A stretch of DNA of 64,000 nt from the NCBI GenBank assembly GCA_963782085.1, contig CAWAIL010000024.1:42480-106479 (forward strand), written 5' to 3'. This stretch comes from an uncultured Acidobacteriaceae bacterium. GTDB lineage: Bacteria > Acidobacteriota > Terriglobia > Terriglobales > Acidobacteriaceae. This document shows, piece by piece, positions 37,229 through 47,176 of the stretch. The notes under the pieces are model-generated. The model saw only the letters and a list, made by a program, of their open reading frames with translations. It ran no database searches and was not told the DNA's origin. Made by a program: the position numbers and the translations under genes. How positions within the stretch are numbered: position 1 is the first letter of the stretch; each line of letters starts with the position of its first letter.

Positions 37229-37331
37229 CTCCCCGGTCCCCAAAGGCGAGGGACCCTTCGACTTCGCTCAGGGCAGGCTCGGGGCACCCTCAGGGTGGAT
37301 AAGATTGTGAATGAGACCGGGGCCACCTGCC
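37229..37331 (-). repeat. Composite REP (GGTGCCCC-GGTCCCTCG...GGGGACCGGGG) with a nested CTTCGACTTCGCTCAGGGCAGG insert
   Basis: Reverse complement matches REPs at 38395 and 63433; 37284-37326 is repeated at 38553-38595 with 1 mismatch. Confidence 0.8.
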
Positions 37332-38314
37332 TACCACTTCACTAGTTCCACGCGCCGGTTTTTCGCTTTGCCATCCTCAGTGTCATTTGAGGCGACGGGC
37401 GCGTAGAAACCGCAGCCAAACGAGCTCAACCGATCAGCCGCAATACCGTACGTCGAGGTCAGCTCGCGCACTACTGCTGCAGCCCTACGACGGCTCAGGT
37501 CGAGGTTGTAGTCCGGCTTTCCTTGATTGTCACTATGCCCTACCACTGAAACTCTAAGGCTTCGGTTGGCTGTGAGCAGCTTCGCAATCTCCTGCAAGGT
37601 AGCCTGCGAATCAGGCCGCACGGAATCTTTGTCTGTATCGAAATAGATTCCGTACAGTGCGATCTTGCCGGAATCCGCCAGCGAGCGCGACATCTCTCCG
37701 GCATTCACGAACGCCATGTTCTTTTCCATCTGCTGAGGTGTCACCACCACTAACTCCGCAAGCGCAATATCCTTCTTCACCACTGACTGAAGCCGATCCG
37801 GCATATTTCCGTCTCTATAGGAGGTGACAAAGACGTAGTAGTACGTTGGTGAAGCATCCTTCGACTTGCCCACCAGCACGCGTTCCTGCGCCTGATTGTA
37901 GGTGAGGATATCGGCAATCTTGTCTTCAACCTGTATAGGGGTAAGGGTCGGTCCAAACCATCCGCCGTCGCTCGCACCTTTTTCGTAAAGCGTCACAAGA
38001 TTCAATCGCTGAAATTCGAGTTTGTAGTTACGAAGAAGCTCCGTTGGTGTTCTGCCCGCAGGGGCTGCATACGTGTACCTGCTTACCAAGCCCTCGATCT
38101 TCAGGCTCTTTGTATACTTCGGAGGATCTTGCGATGTGGGCGGACCCATCGGCAGCAGGAATTCGTCGAACCTTGGCTCTCTGTACCCAATAATCTCGCT
38201 GCCCTCGTAGCGCTTCATTCCCGGCGGGTCTTTCGAGCCCGGAAGATCCGCCGCAAGAGCGGCCATTCTGAATGCCACCATAAGCGATAGGAGTGTGAGA
38301 GCTCGTGTGGACAT
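37331..38314 (-). CDS. Secreted OmpA-family protein with a DUF4892-like N-terminal region
   Basis: Signal peptide; DLPGSKDPPGMKRYEGSEI; YGIYFDTDK, VGHSD, LSRRRA, NRRVE. Confidence 0.9.
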   Translation of the reverse strand: MSTRALTLLSLMVAFRMAALAADLPGSKDPPGMKRYEGSEIIGYREPRFDEFLLPMGPPTSQDPPKYTKSLKIEGLVSRYTYAAPAGRTPTELLRNYKLEFQRLNLVTLYEKGASDGGWFGPTLTPIQVEDKIADILTYNQAQERVLVGKSKDASPTYYYVFVTSYRDGNMPDRLQSVVKKDIALAELVVVTPQQMEKNMAFVNAGEMSRSLADSGKIALYGIYFDTDKDSVRPDSQATLQEIAKLLTANRSLRVSVVGHSDNQGKPDYNLDLSRRRAAAVVRELTSTYGIAADRLSSFGCGFYAPVASNDTEDGKAKNRRVELVKW

Positions 38315-38348
38315 GGTCTGGCCTCCAAGGGTCCGGAACAGTCTATAC

Positions 38349-38430
38349 CGGCGGGTGGCCCGGTCCCAGTGACATTTTCCTAACCACGATGTGTGGGTGC
38401 CCCCGGTCCCTCGCTTTTGGGGCCGGGGAG
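38349..38430 (+). repeat. Composite REP, inverted relative to 37229-37331
   Basis: GGCGGGTGGCCCGGTCCC...GGGTGCCCCCGGTCCCTCGCTTTTGGGGCCGGGGAG. Confidence 0.8.
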
Positions 38431-38485
38431 GGAAGTTTCACAGATCACTGCCAACGGATTCGAGATCAGAGTATCCTCGCAGTTC

Positions 38486-38554
38486 ATGAAAGGCGCACGC
38501 ATCCGTTACCAGCAAACCGGGGAGTTCCACTTCCTCGCCTTCAGCTGTTATCGC
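38486..38554 (+). pseudogene. 5' remnant of a REP-associated tyrosine transposase (RAYT, Y1 HUH)
   Basis: MKGARIRYQQTGEFHFLAFSCYR resembles the RAYT N-terminus (RY...G..HF.TFSCY); it is cut off by a repeat copy. Confidence 0.7.
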
Positions 38555-38613
38555 ACCCTCAGGGTGGATAAGGTTGTGAATGAGACCGGGGCCACGGGCC
38601 CGAGCTTTCGTTT

Positions 38614-38662
38614 GCGCGGGTCTGGAGACCCGCACGACAGCCGGACTGGAGTCCGGCGCTAC
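38614..38662 (-). repeat. 49-bp GTAG double-hairpin REP
   Basis: Reverse complement GTAGCGCCGGACTCCAGTCCGGCTGTCGTGCGGGTCTCCAGACCCGCGC; same length and architecture as 57374 and 58493. Confidence 0.85.
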
Positions 38663-38737
38663 GATCGCAGCCACATCAAGCGCGGCGTGGCGACTTGTCC
38701 GCGGACGGCAAGCAGAGCGTTTCGGATCGGTCTCCTG

Positions 38738-40046
38738 TTACGAGAACCGCGTCCTTCGCCACAGCAGCGTTCCGCACAGAACCAGCGGGATCATCGTGCC
38801 TAAGATCAGCACAATCATCCAGGGAACGTTGACATAAATGTGCTGCGCGCGCGTGCCCACGGCCAGCCAGACAAAGATGCCGGTGGCCACGCAGCATAAT
38901 CAGCACCTCCCACCAGCGGCGCGGGTGCTTGTCGTCGGCCAGAGGATCGTTGCCGGCCACCACGGCGGCTACATTTTCCGTGTCGAGACTCGTAGCGGTC
39001 GCACTCGCGATGCATCGCCGCGTTCCAGTTCTCCATCTCCGAAGGCGGCGGCTCGGCCATGCTGATCGAAACCGCGCCGACAATCATGATGGTCGATCCG
39101 GCAATGATCAGAGCCTTCCGCCTGTCGGCAATGCCAGCAAACTCGCCAAACACCAGCGCGCCCCACGCCAAGGCCCCAAAGCTGGTTGGTGTTCGAGAGC
39201 GGAATGCCGCGCCCGATGCCGATATACTTCGCCGCATAATGCTGAAACAGGTCGCCGATGACCCAGCAGAATCCGCCGACGAAACGGCCAGAAGAGCATG
39301 GTGCGCGCGCGCGTGCAGTTCTGCGAGCAGCGGGGACGATGCCGCCGTATAAAAGATCGCAGCCGAGCAGACAGGACCGTTCCCAGTTCGCCAAAGGTGA
39401 AAATCGTCACGAACGACAGCGGATTCATGCCGCTGATGTACGCCTTGCGGTAGGGAATGTACATGGTGCCGAACATGCAGCCCGCGCCCAGCGCGGCAAT
39501 GATGCCGATGGCGGCCTTGCCCGGCGTGCCCGCATTCTGCTGCGCCGTGGCCACGGCCAGCACCGCCGCGCCAAACACAATCGCCGCCGCGCCGCCAATC
39601 ACCTTCGCCCAGTCTTTCGCTCGCGATCCGCGCAGCTCTTTGAACAGCAGGCAGCCCCACGCAAGAGCCCCACCAGGCTGTTCGTATTCCACAGCGGAAA
39701 CGCAATCGCCAGGCCCACGTTGCGCACGGCAAAAATGGTCAGCGTATTGCCCACCGCCCACAGCATTCCGCCCAGCAGCGCCCACACCATCAGGTGCGGC
39801 TTTTCGCGCAGGTCGTCGAACAGGAATCCCGTGCCTTTCAGCAGCGTGGGAACCGTCCAGCGCGCCACAAACGCGCCCATCACCATCCCCATCGAGATGA
39901 GAACGGAGAGAAGCCCTCGTTCACCAGCTTGGTCGGCGCTTCCGCGCTGCCCAGCCACACCGCGGCGGCCAGCCCGCAAAACACGCCCAGCTTGTGCAAT
40001 GAAATGCGTCGACCGCGCTGGCGCGGATGGTCGTCTGCTCGCTCAT
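38738..40046 (-). CDS. GRP-family (DMT superfamily) sugar transporter, probable inositol uptake (frameshifted)
   Basis: Multiple TM helices; GMLWAVGN..VGLAIAFPLWNTN, IGIGRGIPLSNTN..WGALVFGE; last gene of the iol operon. Confidence 0.8.
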
Positions 40047-40159
40047 GCGCTTCACCTCAGCGTCATCAGCAGTGTGGTTCCCAGAATCAGCACGACCACA
40101 GGCACCCAGAGATGCACGTCAGGTCAGAATGCAAACTCAACCTGTCGGATTGTCTTCGA

Positions 40160-41193
40160 TCAGCAGACGACCTCCGCAAGCTTCACCGGCCGGTGCTCGT
40201 CAAACGATTTGCGCGCCGCCAGCGCCATCACCACCGGCACGCGGCCGTCGGCTCCCGTCACCGGCGTCGGCTTGCCTTCGAGCACCGCCTGCATAAACAG
40301 CTGCGAGCTCCAGCGCAAAGCTCTCCGGTATAGCGTTCCATGAAGAAGTTCAGCGGCAGATCAGTGTAGACAGATTTCCCGCTGCTGACCACAACTTCGT
40401 TGGGATAGCGATTTTCGCTCGCGATCTTGCCCTTGCTGCCCAGGATCTCCACGCGCTGGTCGTAGCCAAACACCGCCTTGCGGCTGTTGTCGATGGTGCC
40501 GATCGCGCCGTTCTTGAAGCGCAGCACCACGAGCGCCGTATCCAGGTCGCCCGCCTTGCCGATCTCCGGGTTCGACCAGCACGCCGCCCGCCGTGTAGAT
40601 CTCTTCCACTTCGTCGCCGATCAGAAAGCGCGCCATGTCGAAGTCGTGAATCATCATGTCGAGAAAGATGTCCGCCCGAGGTGCGGAGATACGCGATCGG
40701 CGGCGGCGCGGGATCGCGGCTGATGATGTGCATCAGGCTCGGCTTGCCGATCTCGCCGCTTCGCCACGGCCTGCCGCACGCGCCTGAAGTTCGAGTCGAA
40801 GCGCCGGTTGAACCCGATCTGCAGTTTCACGCCCGGCCTTTGCACCGCCGCCAGCGCCATGTCGATCTTGTCCAGAGCTGAACGCGATCGGCTTCTCGCA
40901 GAAAATGTGCTTGCCGGCCTTGCGCCGCCTGCACAATCAGGTCGGCGTGCGTGCCGGTTGGCGAGCAGATCAGCACCGCCTCGATCTTTTGGATCGCCAA
41001 TGATCTCCTCGGCCGACGCGACCACCTTGGGAATACCGCACCGCGCCGCCAAGTGCCTGCGGCTGCCTCGCGATTCATGTCGGCGATCGCAACGATCTCC
41101 GCCTCCGGCAAGCCGGAAGGCCAGCGTCTCCGCATGAACGCGCCCAATCCGTCCCGCACCAATGATTCCGAAATGAAGTTTCTTTCCGCTCAT
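40160..41193 (-). CDS. iolG: Inositol 2-dehydrogenase (frameshifted)
   Basis: GAGRIGRVH, CSPTGTH, FCEKP, GFNRRFD, SRDP, DMMIHDFD, GYDQRVE. Confidence 0.92.
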
Positions 41194-41316
41194 TCTTTCC
41201 CTCGCAAAACTGCTCAGCTTCTCAGCTCCTGAGCTTCGTCGTCATCCGTTAGCGCCGGCATTCCTGAATTCGCGGCAAGACTGGAACGTTAACGGCTAGA
41301 CAGCTAAAGGCTGTTC

Positions 41317-42256
41317 TTACGTAAAATTCGCTTCAATCGACCGAAGATACTCGCGGCTGCGCGCCGCGCTTTCCTTCGGCGTTCCCATGCCCGGCAGAAT
41401 GTCCTGCTCCACCAGCACGTATCCTTTGTAGTCGCGTGCGCGCCAGCCAGCGCAACAGGGCAGGGAAGTCGACGCATCCTTTGCCCAGCTCGGGGTACAG
41501 GCCGTTCCGCATCGCCGTAAAGTAATCCCACTCTTCTTCGCGGCTGCGGCGCGCGACATTCGGCTCCAGATCTTTCAGATGGATGTACCAGATGCGCTCC
41601 TTGAAGCGGTTGAGCGCAGCGACGACGTCGACATCCTCGCTGCCCGTGCCGTGCACGTAGTGGCCGGCGTCGAACACCAGTCCGAGCCGCTCGGGATTGG
41701 TCAGGTCGAGAAGCGTCGCGATCTCGTCCGGCGTCTCCACATAGCCCGCGCAATGGTGATGAAACACCGTGCGCAGTCCCGTCTCGTCGAACACCGCATG
41801 CGCAATCTCGGTCGGCGCCGCTCGCAAAGGTCTTCCACTCGTCTTTGCGTCAGTCCGGCGTTCGGCCGTGATGCGTCCGGCCAGCTTGGTGCGTCGCAGG
41901 ATCGGTGCCGTTATCGTCGGCCAGCACCAGGAACGGCGCCTGCGTTGTGGCCACCGCGGCGATCAGCTTCGCCGTCTTCACGGCTCGCTCGCCGCGCCCT
42001 CCGCGTGCGCCGCAGGATTCTTCATCGCCACCGGCACAAACGCGCCCAGCATCACCACGTTGTTGCGCTTCGCCAGTTCCTCGCTCAGCCGCACCGCGTC
42101 GGTCGGCATGTAGCCCCAGTCGCCCAGCTCCGTTCCCGTGTAGCCGGTCTCCACCAGCTCGTCCAGCATCTGGTTGAACGGAATCGCCTGGCTTTGGTCC
42201 TGGTGCTCCAGCGTGCCCCACGAACACGGCGCATTGCCCACCAACAGCTCTTTCAT
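41317..42256 (-). CDS. iolE: IolE-like myo-inosose-2 dehydratase (TIM barrel; frameshifted)
   Basis: [47 protein letters not shown]; iol context. Confidence 0.75.
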
Positions 42257-42302
42257 GCGTTCTCCTTGCACCGCTTTTCGTGCCCTGTTTTCAGACTGCC
42301 AT

Positions 42303-42316
42303 CTTACACGTGTGCA
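42303..42316. promoter_or_regulatory. Putative LacI-type operator upstream of iolE
   Basis: CTTACACGTGTGCA, a variant of TGCACACGTGTGCA. Confidence 0.65.
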
Positions 42317-42353
42317 TCGGGTTGAGCTAAATTCCACTACGGCTAGAGCTGCT

Positions 42354-43825
42354 TTAGAACTTCCGGCTCCACTCCTTCGGCCAGCGTTCCACCACAACCT
42401 TGGTCTGCGTGAAGAACTCCACCGCGTGGTGCGCCTGCGCGTGCAGATCGCCGAAAAAGCTTTCGCCCCATCCGCTGAACGGGAAGGTCGACATCGGCGC
42501 GGCCACGCCCACGTTGATGCCCACGTTGCCCGCGTTCACTTCATAGCGGAAGCGCCGTGCATTGGCGCCATCGGTCGTGAAGATGCACGCCATGTTGCCG
42601 TAGCTGCGCCCATTCACCAGCGCGATCGCTTCTTCAATCGTTTGCGCGTGGATCAGGCTCAGCACCGGCCCAAAGATCTCCGTCCGCGCCGTCTCGGAAT
42701 CCGGCGGAACGTCGTCGAGCACCGTGGGCAGCACGAAATAGCCGTCTTCGTAGTCCGCCACTTTCTTGCCGCGCCCATCCACAATCACGCGCGCGCCGGC
42801 CTGCTCGCCCTTCGCAATCAGTCCTTCGATCCGCGTCTTGCTCTCGGCGGAAATCACCGGGCCCATCTCCACGCCCGGCGCCGCGCCGTAGCCCGTCTTG
42901 CGGTTCTTCGCCGCCGCCGCAATCTGCTCCGTGAAATTTGGCCGCGCATCGCCCACCGTGATCGCCACCGATGCCGCCAGGCAGCGCTGTCCCGCGCAAC
43001 CAAACGCGGAATCGGCCAGAATCCGCGTCGTCATCTCCATGTCCGCGTCCGGCATCACCACCACCGGATTCTTCGCGCCGCCCTGGCACTGCGCGCGCTT
43101 TCCGTTCGCCGCCGCGCGGCTGTAAATGTACTTCGCCGTCGCCGTCGATCCCACAAAGCTCACCGCGCGGATTCCCGGATGGTCGAGAATCGCGTTCACC
43201 GCATCGCGTCCGCCGTTCACCAGCTGCATCACGCCCGGCGGAAAGCCCGCCGCCTGAATCAGGCTGAAAAGTTTCTGCGAAGTGATGGGCACGCGCTCCG
43301 ACGGCTTGAGCAGAAAGCAGTTTCCCGCCGCCACCGCGTAAGGCAAAAACCAGAACGCAATCATGCCCGGAAAATTGAACGGCACAATCGCCGCCACCAC
43401 GCCCAGCGGCTGCCGGATCATGTGCTCGTCAATGCCCGCGCGCAATGTCTTCGCAGTTCGTGCCCTGCATCATCATCGGCATGCCGCAGGCCGTCTCGAC
43501 GTTCTCCACCGCGCGCAGAATCTCCGCCTTGCTCTCCGCCAGCGTCTTGCCGCACTCGTTGGTGATGGAGAGCGCCAGCTCGTCGCGATGCTGCTCCAGC
43601 AGCGTCTTCAGCCTGAACAGCGGCTGCACGCGATCCACCACCGGCGTCCGCCGCCACTGCGATAAACGCGCGCTCGGCCACTTCCACCGCCGCGTTCACA
43701 TCCGTTGCCGGCGAAAGCGGAACCTCCGCCAGCACCTTTGCTGATGCCGGGTTGATCACGTTCAGCGCATCGCTCGCGCTCGATGCGCGCCAAGCGCCAT
43801 CAATAAAATTCTGCAACCGCTCCAT
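42354..43825 (-). CDS. iolA: CoA-acylating (methyl)malonate-semialdehyde dehydrogenase (one frameshift)
   Basis: PFNFP, KPSERVP, FVGST, GGAKN, GCAGQRC, EIFGP, GVAAPM..FPFSGW..SFFGDLH. Confidence 0.92.
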
Positions 43826-43839
43826 CGTCTGTTCTCTCC

Positions 43840-45723
43840 TCAGAGGTAATGCCGTTCGCGCTTACGCGCCTCTTCATACCTTGCCCGCGCCTCGCGCACG
43901 CTCTCCATCTCCGAAACTTCGGCCACCGCAACATCCCACCACGAGTCGTAACCCGGCACGCCGACCGAAGCATCCGTCTCCACCACAATCACTGTGGTCC
44001 GGTCCAGCGCCTTGGCTTCCTCGAGCGCCTTCTTCAACTCGTCCAGGTTCGCCGCCTTGATCGCATGCGCGCCCAGGCTGCGCGCGTTGGCCGCAAAGTC
44101 CACCTTCAGCAGCTCGCCATCCAGCTGCCCGGTCTTCGCATCGCGCGCGCGATAGCGCGTTCCGAATCCGCCCTGCCCCAGCGATCGGCTCAAGGCTGCC
44201 GATGCTGGCGAAGCCGTGATTGTCCACCAGCACGATGATGATCTTAATGCCTTCCTGCACCGATGTCACAATCTCCGTGGGCATCATCAGGTAGGTGCCG
44301 TCGCCGAGAAACACAAACACCTCGCGGCTCGGGATCGGCCAGCTTCGCGCCCATCGCGCCGGGAATCTCGTAGCCCATGCACGAGTAGCCGTATTCCATG
44401 TGATAGCCGTTCGGCGTGCGCGTGCGCCACAGCTTGTGCAGGTCGCCGGGATGGCTGCCCGCCGCCGACAGCAGCACGTCGCGCTCGCCCGCCGCCTCCC
44501 ACATCGCGCCAATCACTTCGCTCTGCGCCGGCTTGCCCGCGCAATTCGAATCCTGCTTGTTCAGATGGAAGAGCCGATCGACTTCCGCGTCCCACTTCGC
44601 TTTCAGCTCCGCAATCTCCGCCGCATACGCCGCGCTCACCTTGATGTCCGCCAGCGCCGCGCTCAATTGCTCCAGCGCCACGCGCGCGTCGGCCACCACA
44701 GGAATCGCGCCCACTTTGTACGCGTCGAACTCCGCCGTGTTGATGTTCACGAACGTCACATCCGGATTCTGGAACGCCGTCATCGACGCCGACGTGAAGT
44801 CGGAATAGCGCGTTCCGATGCCGATGACCAGATCGGCCGCATGTCGCCAGCCGATTCGCTGCCAGCGATGCCCGTCGCGCCGATCGCGCCCACCACCTGC
44901 GCATGATCCCATGCGAGCGAGCCTTTGCCCGCCTGCGTCTCCGCCACGGGAATGCCGGTCTTCGCAACAAAATCGCTCGAGCGCCTGCGAAGCTTCGCTC
45001 ATCAGCACGCCGCCGCCCGCCACAATCAGCGGCCGCTCCGCCGCGCGAATCGCCTTCAACCGCGCGCTCCAGCGAAACACGATCCGGCTCGCCGCGCCGG
45101 ATCAGCCACACGCGCTTCTCGAAAAGCTCTTCGGGATAGTCGTACGCTTCGGTCTGCACATCCTGCGGCAGCGCCAGCGTCACTGCGCCGCAATCGGACG
45201 GCGAAGTCAGCACGCGCATCGCTTCAGGCAGCGACGTGATCAGTTGTTCCGGCCGGTAGATGCGGTCCCAGTAGCGCGACACCGGCTTGAAGCAGTCGTT
45301 CACGCCGATGTCCTGCGTGGCCGGCGACTCAATTTGCTGCAGCACCGGCGCCACATTGCGCCGCGCAAAAATATCGCCGGGCAGCAGCAGCACCGGCAGC
45401 CGGTTGATGGTCGCCAGCGCCGCGCCGGTAATCATGTTCGTCGCGCCCGGCCCAATCGACGATGTGCACGCAAACGTGCGCAGCCGGTTGCTGGCTTTGG
45501 CAAAGCCCGTCGCCATGTGCACGCCCGCCTGCTCGTTGCGCACCAGGATGTAAGGAAAATCGGGATTCTGCTGCAGCGCCTGGCCGATCCCGGCCACGTT
45601 GCCGTGCCCGAAGATGCCCAGCATGCCGGCGAAGAACGCATGCTCGCGGCCGTCCCGCTCCACATGCTGCTGCTTCAGGAACTGGATCAGCGCCTGCGCC
45701 ATCGTCATGCGCCGCGTCTTCAT
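43840..45723 (-). CDS. iolD: 3D-(3,5/4)-trihydroxycyclohexane-1,2-dione acylhydrolase (frameshifted)
   Basis: GIFGHGNVAG, RNEQ, SIGPGATN, PGDLHKLW, EYGYSCMGYE, GDGTYLM, SWWDV. Confidence 0.95.
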
Positions 45724-45797
45724 GCCCGTTCCCTCGTTTCCTTCAGGTCAGCGCCGTGACTTGCCGAACATACTCACGCCCGACCGCGGTGCAGGCC

Positions 45798-46617
45798 TCA
45801 CCTTTTCACCATCGGCAACCTCGGGTCTTTTCCTTCCAACTCGCTCTTCACCCACGCATAATCCGGATCGTCTGAGCGGCCAGCGACCGCGCCGAACCCG
45901 CCAGCGCGTTCAGATAATACACGTTGTATCCATGCGCGGCCACCACCGGATGATATCCCTCCGGAACCAGCACCAGTTCGCCGTCGCGCACGGTCATGCG
46001 TTTCGTCGATGCGCCTGTCCGCGGTGTACACCTTCTGCACCGCGAATCCCTCCGGCCGCTCGATCCGGTAGTAGTAAATCTCTTCGAGATCCACTTCGCC
46101 CGGCGGGTTGTGCACGTCGTGCTTATGCGGCGGAAAGCTCGACCAGTTGCCCGCCGGCGTGAATACTTCCACCACCATCAGCCGCTGCGCCAGAAATCCG
46201 GCGGCAGCATGGAGTTGATCTGCCGCGTCGCATTTCCGCCGCCGCGAATCTCGATTCCCACATGTGTCCGGCGTGACCAGCCGCGCCGGATATTCTTCTT
46301 CGGCCTTGCAGTAGCAAAACGCCAAGTCGCAGCCGCCTCAGTGGTGACGATGAACGAAGTGCGGATGGGCAGATAAAGCGTGTAGGGCAGTCCATCGAAA
46401 ACCGTTGGCGCGCTTGCCAATCTCGTGCCACTCGCCGCGCGAACTGGTCACCGAGCAAACGCCGCCCAGCACCACAATGGCCAGTTCCCGTTCCGGCCGT
46501 CTCGCCGTAATAGTTCTGACCGCGCTCGAGCTTGCGCGTTTCAAACGAAAGAAATTCATATCCGAAATCTTCAATCCGGTTGCGGAATTTCTCCGGGCGG
46601 ACCAACAATTCACTCAT
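45798..46617 (-). CDS. iolB: 5-deoxy-glucuronate isomerase (frameshifted)
   Basis: EVFTPAGNWSSFPPHKHD, LEEIYYY, PEGYHPV, YYLN. Confidence 0.93.
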
Positions 46618-46821
46618 GAATCACATCTCCTGCGGCGCCGTCAAGTTTAGGCGCAATCGCAAATCCGCGTCGTTCAATTTCCAGGTCGGTTCTCGCAGAA
46701 TGAGCCGCAACTTTAGATGCGGGAGCGCCCTGCAAATCTGGAAATGGAGCGACTTTTCGAATTTGCGTAAGGGCCTTCCAGGTTTGGCTGAACCTGGAAG
46801 GGGAAGTGCAACAAGGCCCGA

Positions 46822-46874
46822 TGCACACGTGTGCAAGCCATCTCTATAATCTCTCAGTTTCGGTGCCCTGTCAA
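46822..46874 (-). promoter_or_regulatory. sigma70 promoter of the iolB operon plus a perfect 14-bp operator
   Basis: Minus strand TTGACA-17 nt-GATTAT (46874-46846), followed by palindrome TGCACACGTGTGCA at 46822-46835. Confidence 0.75.
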
Positions 46875-47113
46875 CCGGTCTCTCGAATTTTTCTTCCGGC
46901 CGGCCAAGTGACTGGATAAGCAATAGATACACTCGAAGACAGCGGGACCGCGAAGGGCGGTAAAATCGATTTGTCAAACGGTCTTGTTTGCCGCTCGATC
47001 GGCTCCGCGAGGATCAGGAAAACTCCCGGCGTTTTTCATCCCTCCTAATCTCTTGGCGCGTTTCCGGTATCGGCCCCCAAAATTGCCGCGGAATTTTTGT
47101 AACGACGCTTTTC

Positions 47114-47161
47114 TTGACCGTGATTTCCTGCGGTGTTAGGTTGGTTCTGCACACGTTTGCA
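47114..47161 (+). promoter_or_regulatory. sigma70 promoter of the transaldolase gene plus operator
   Basis: TTGACC-17 nt-TAGGTT (TG-extended), then TGCACACGTTTGCA at 47148-47161, then GGAGG RBS. Confidence 0.75.
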
Positions 47162-47176
47162 TCGCCGGAGGATCTC

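Noticed and set aside
46988-47176. N-terminal extensions in the ORF track (transaldolase from 46988; likewise permease from 49867, LacI from 50090, GH2 from 63303)
   Set aside because: RBS, promoter and operator positions and family N-termini favour the downstream starts used here.
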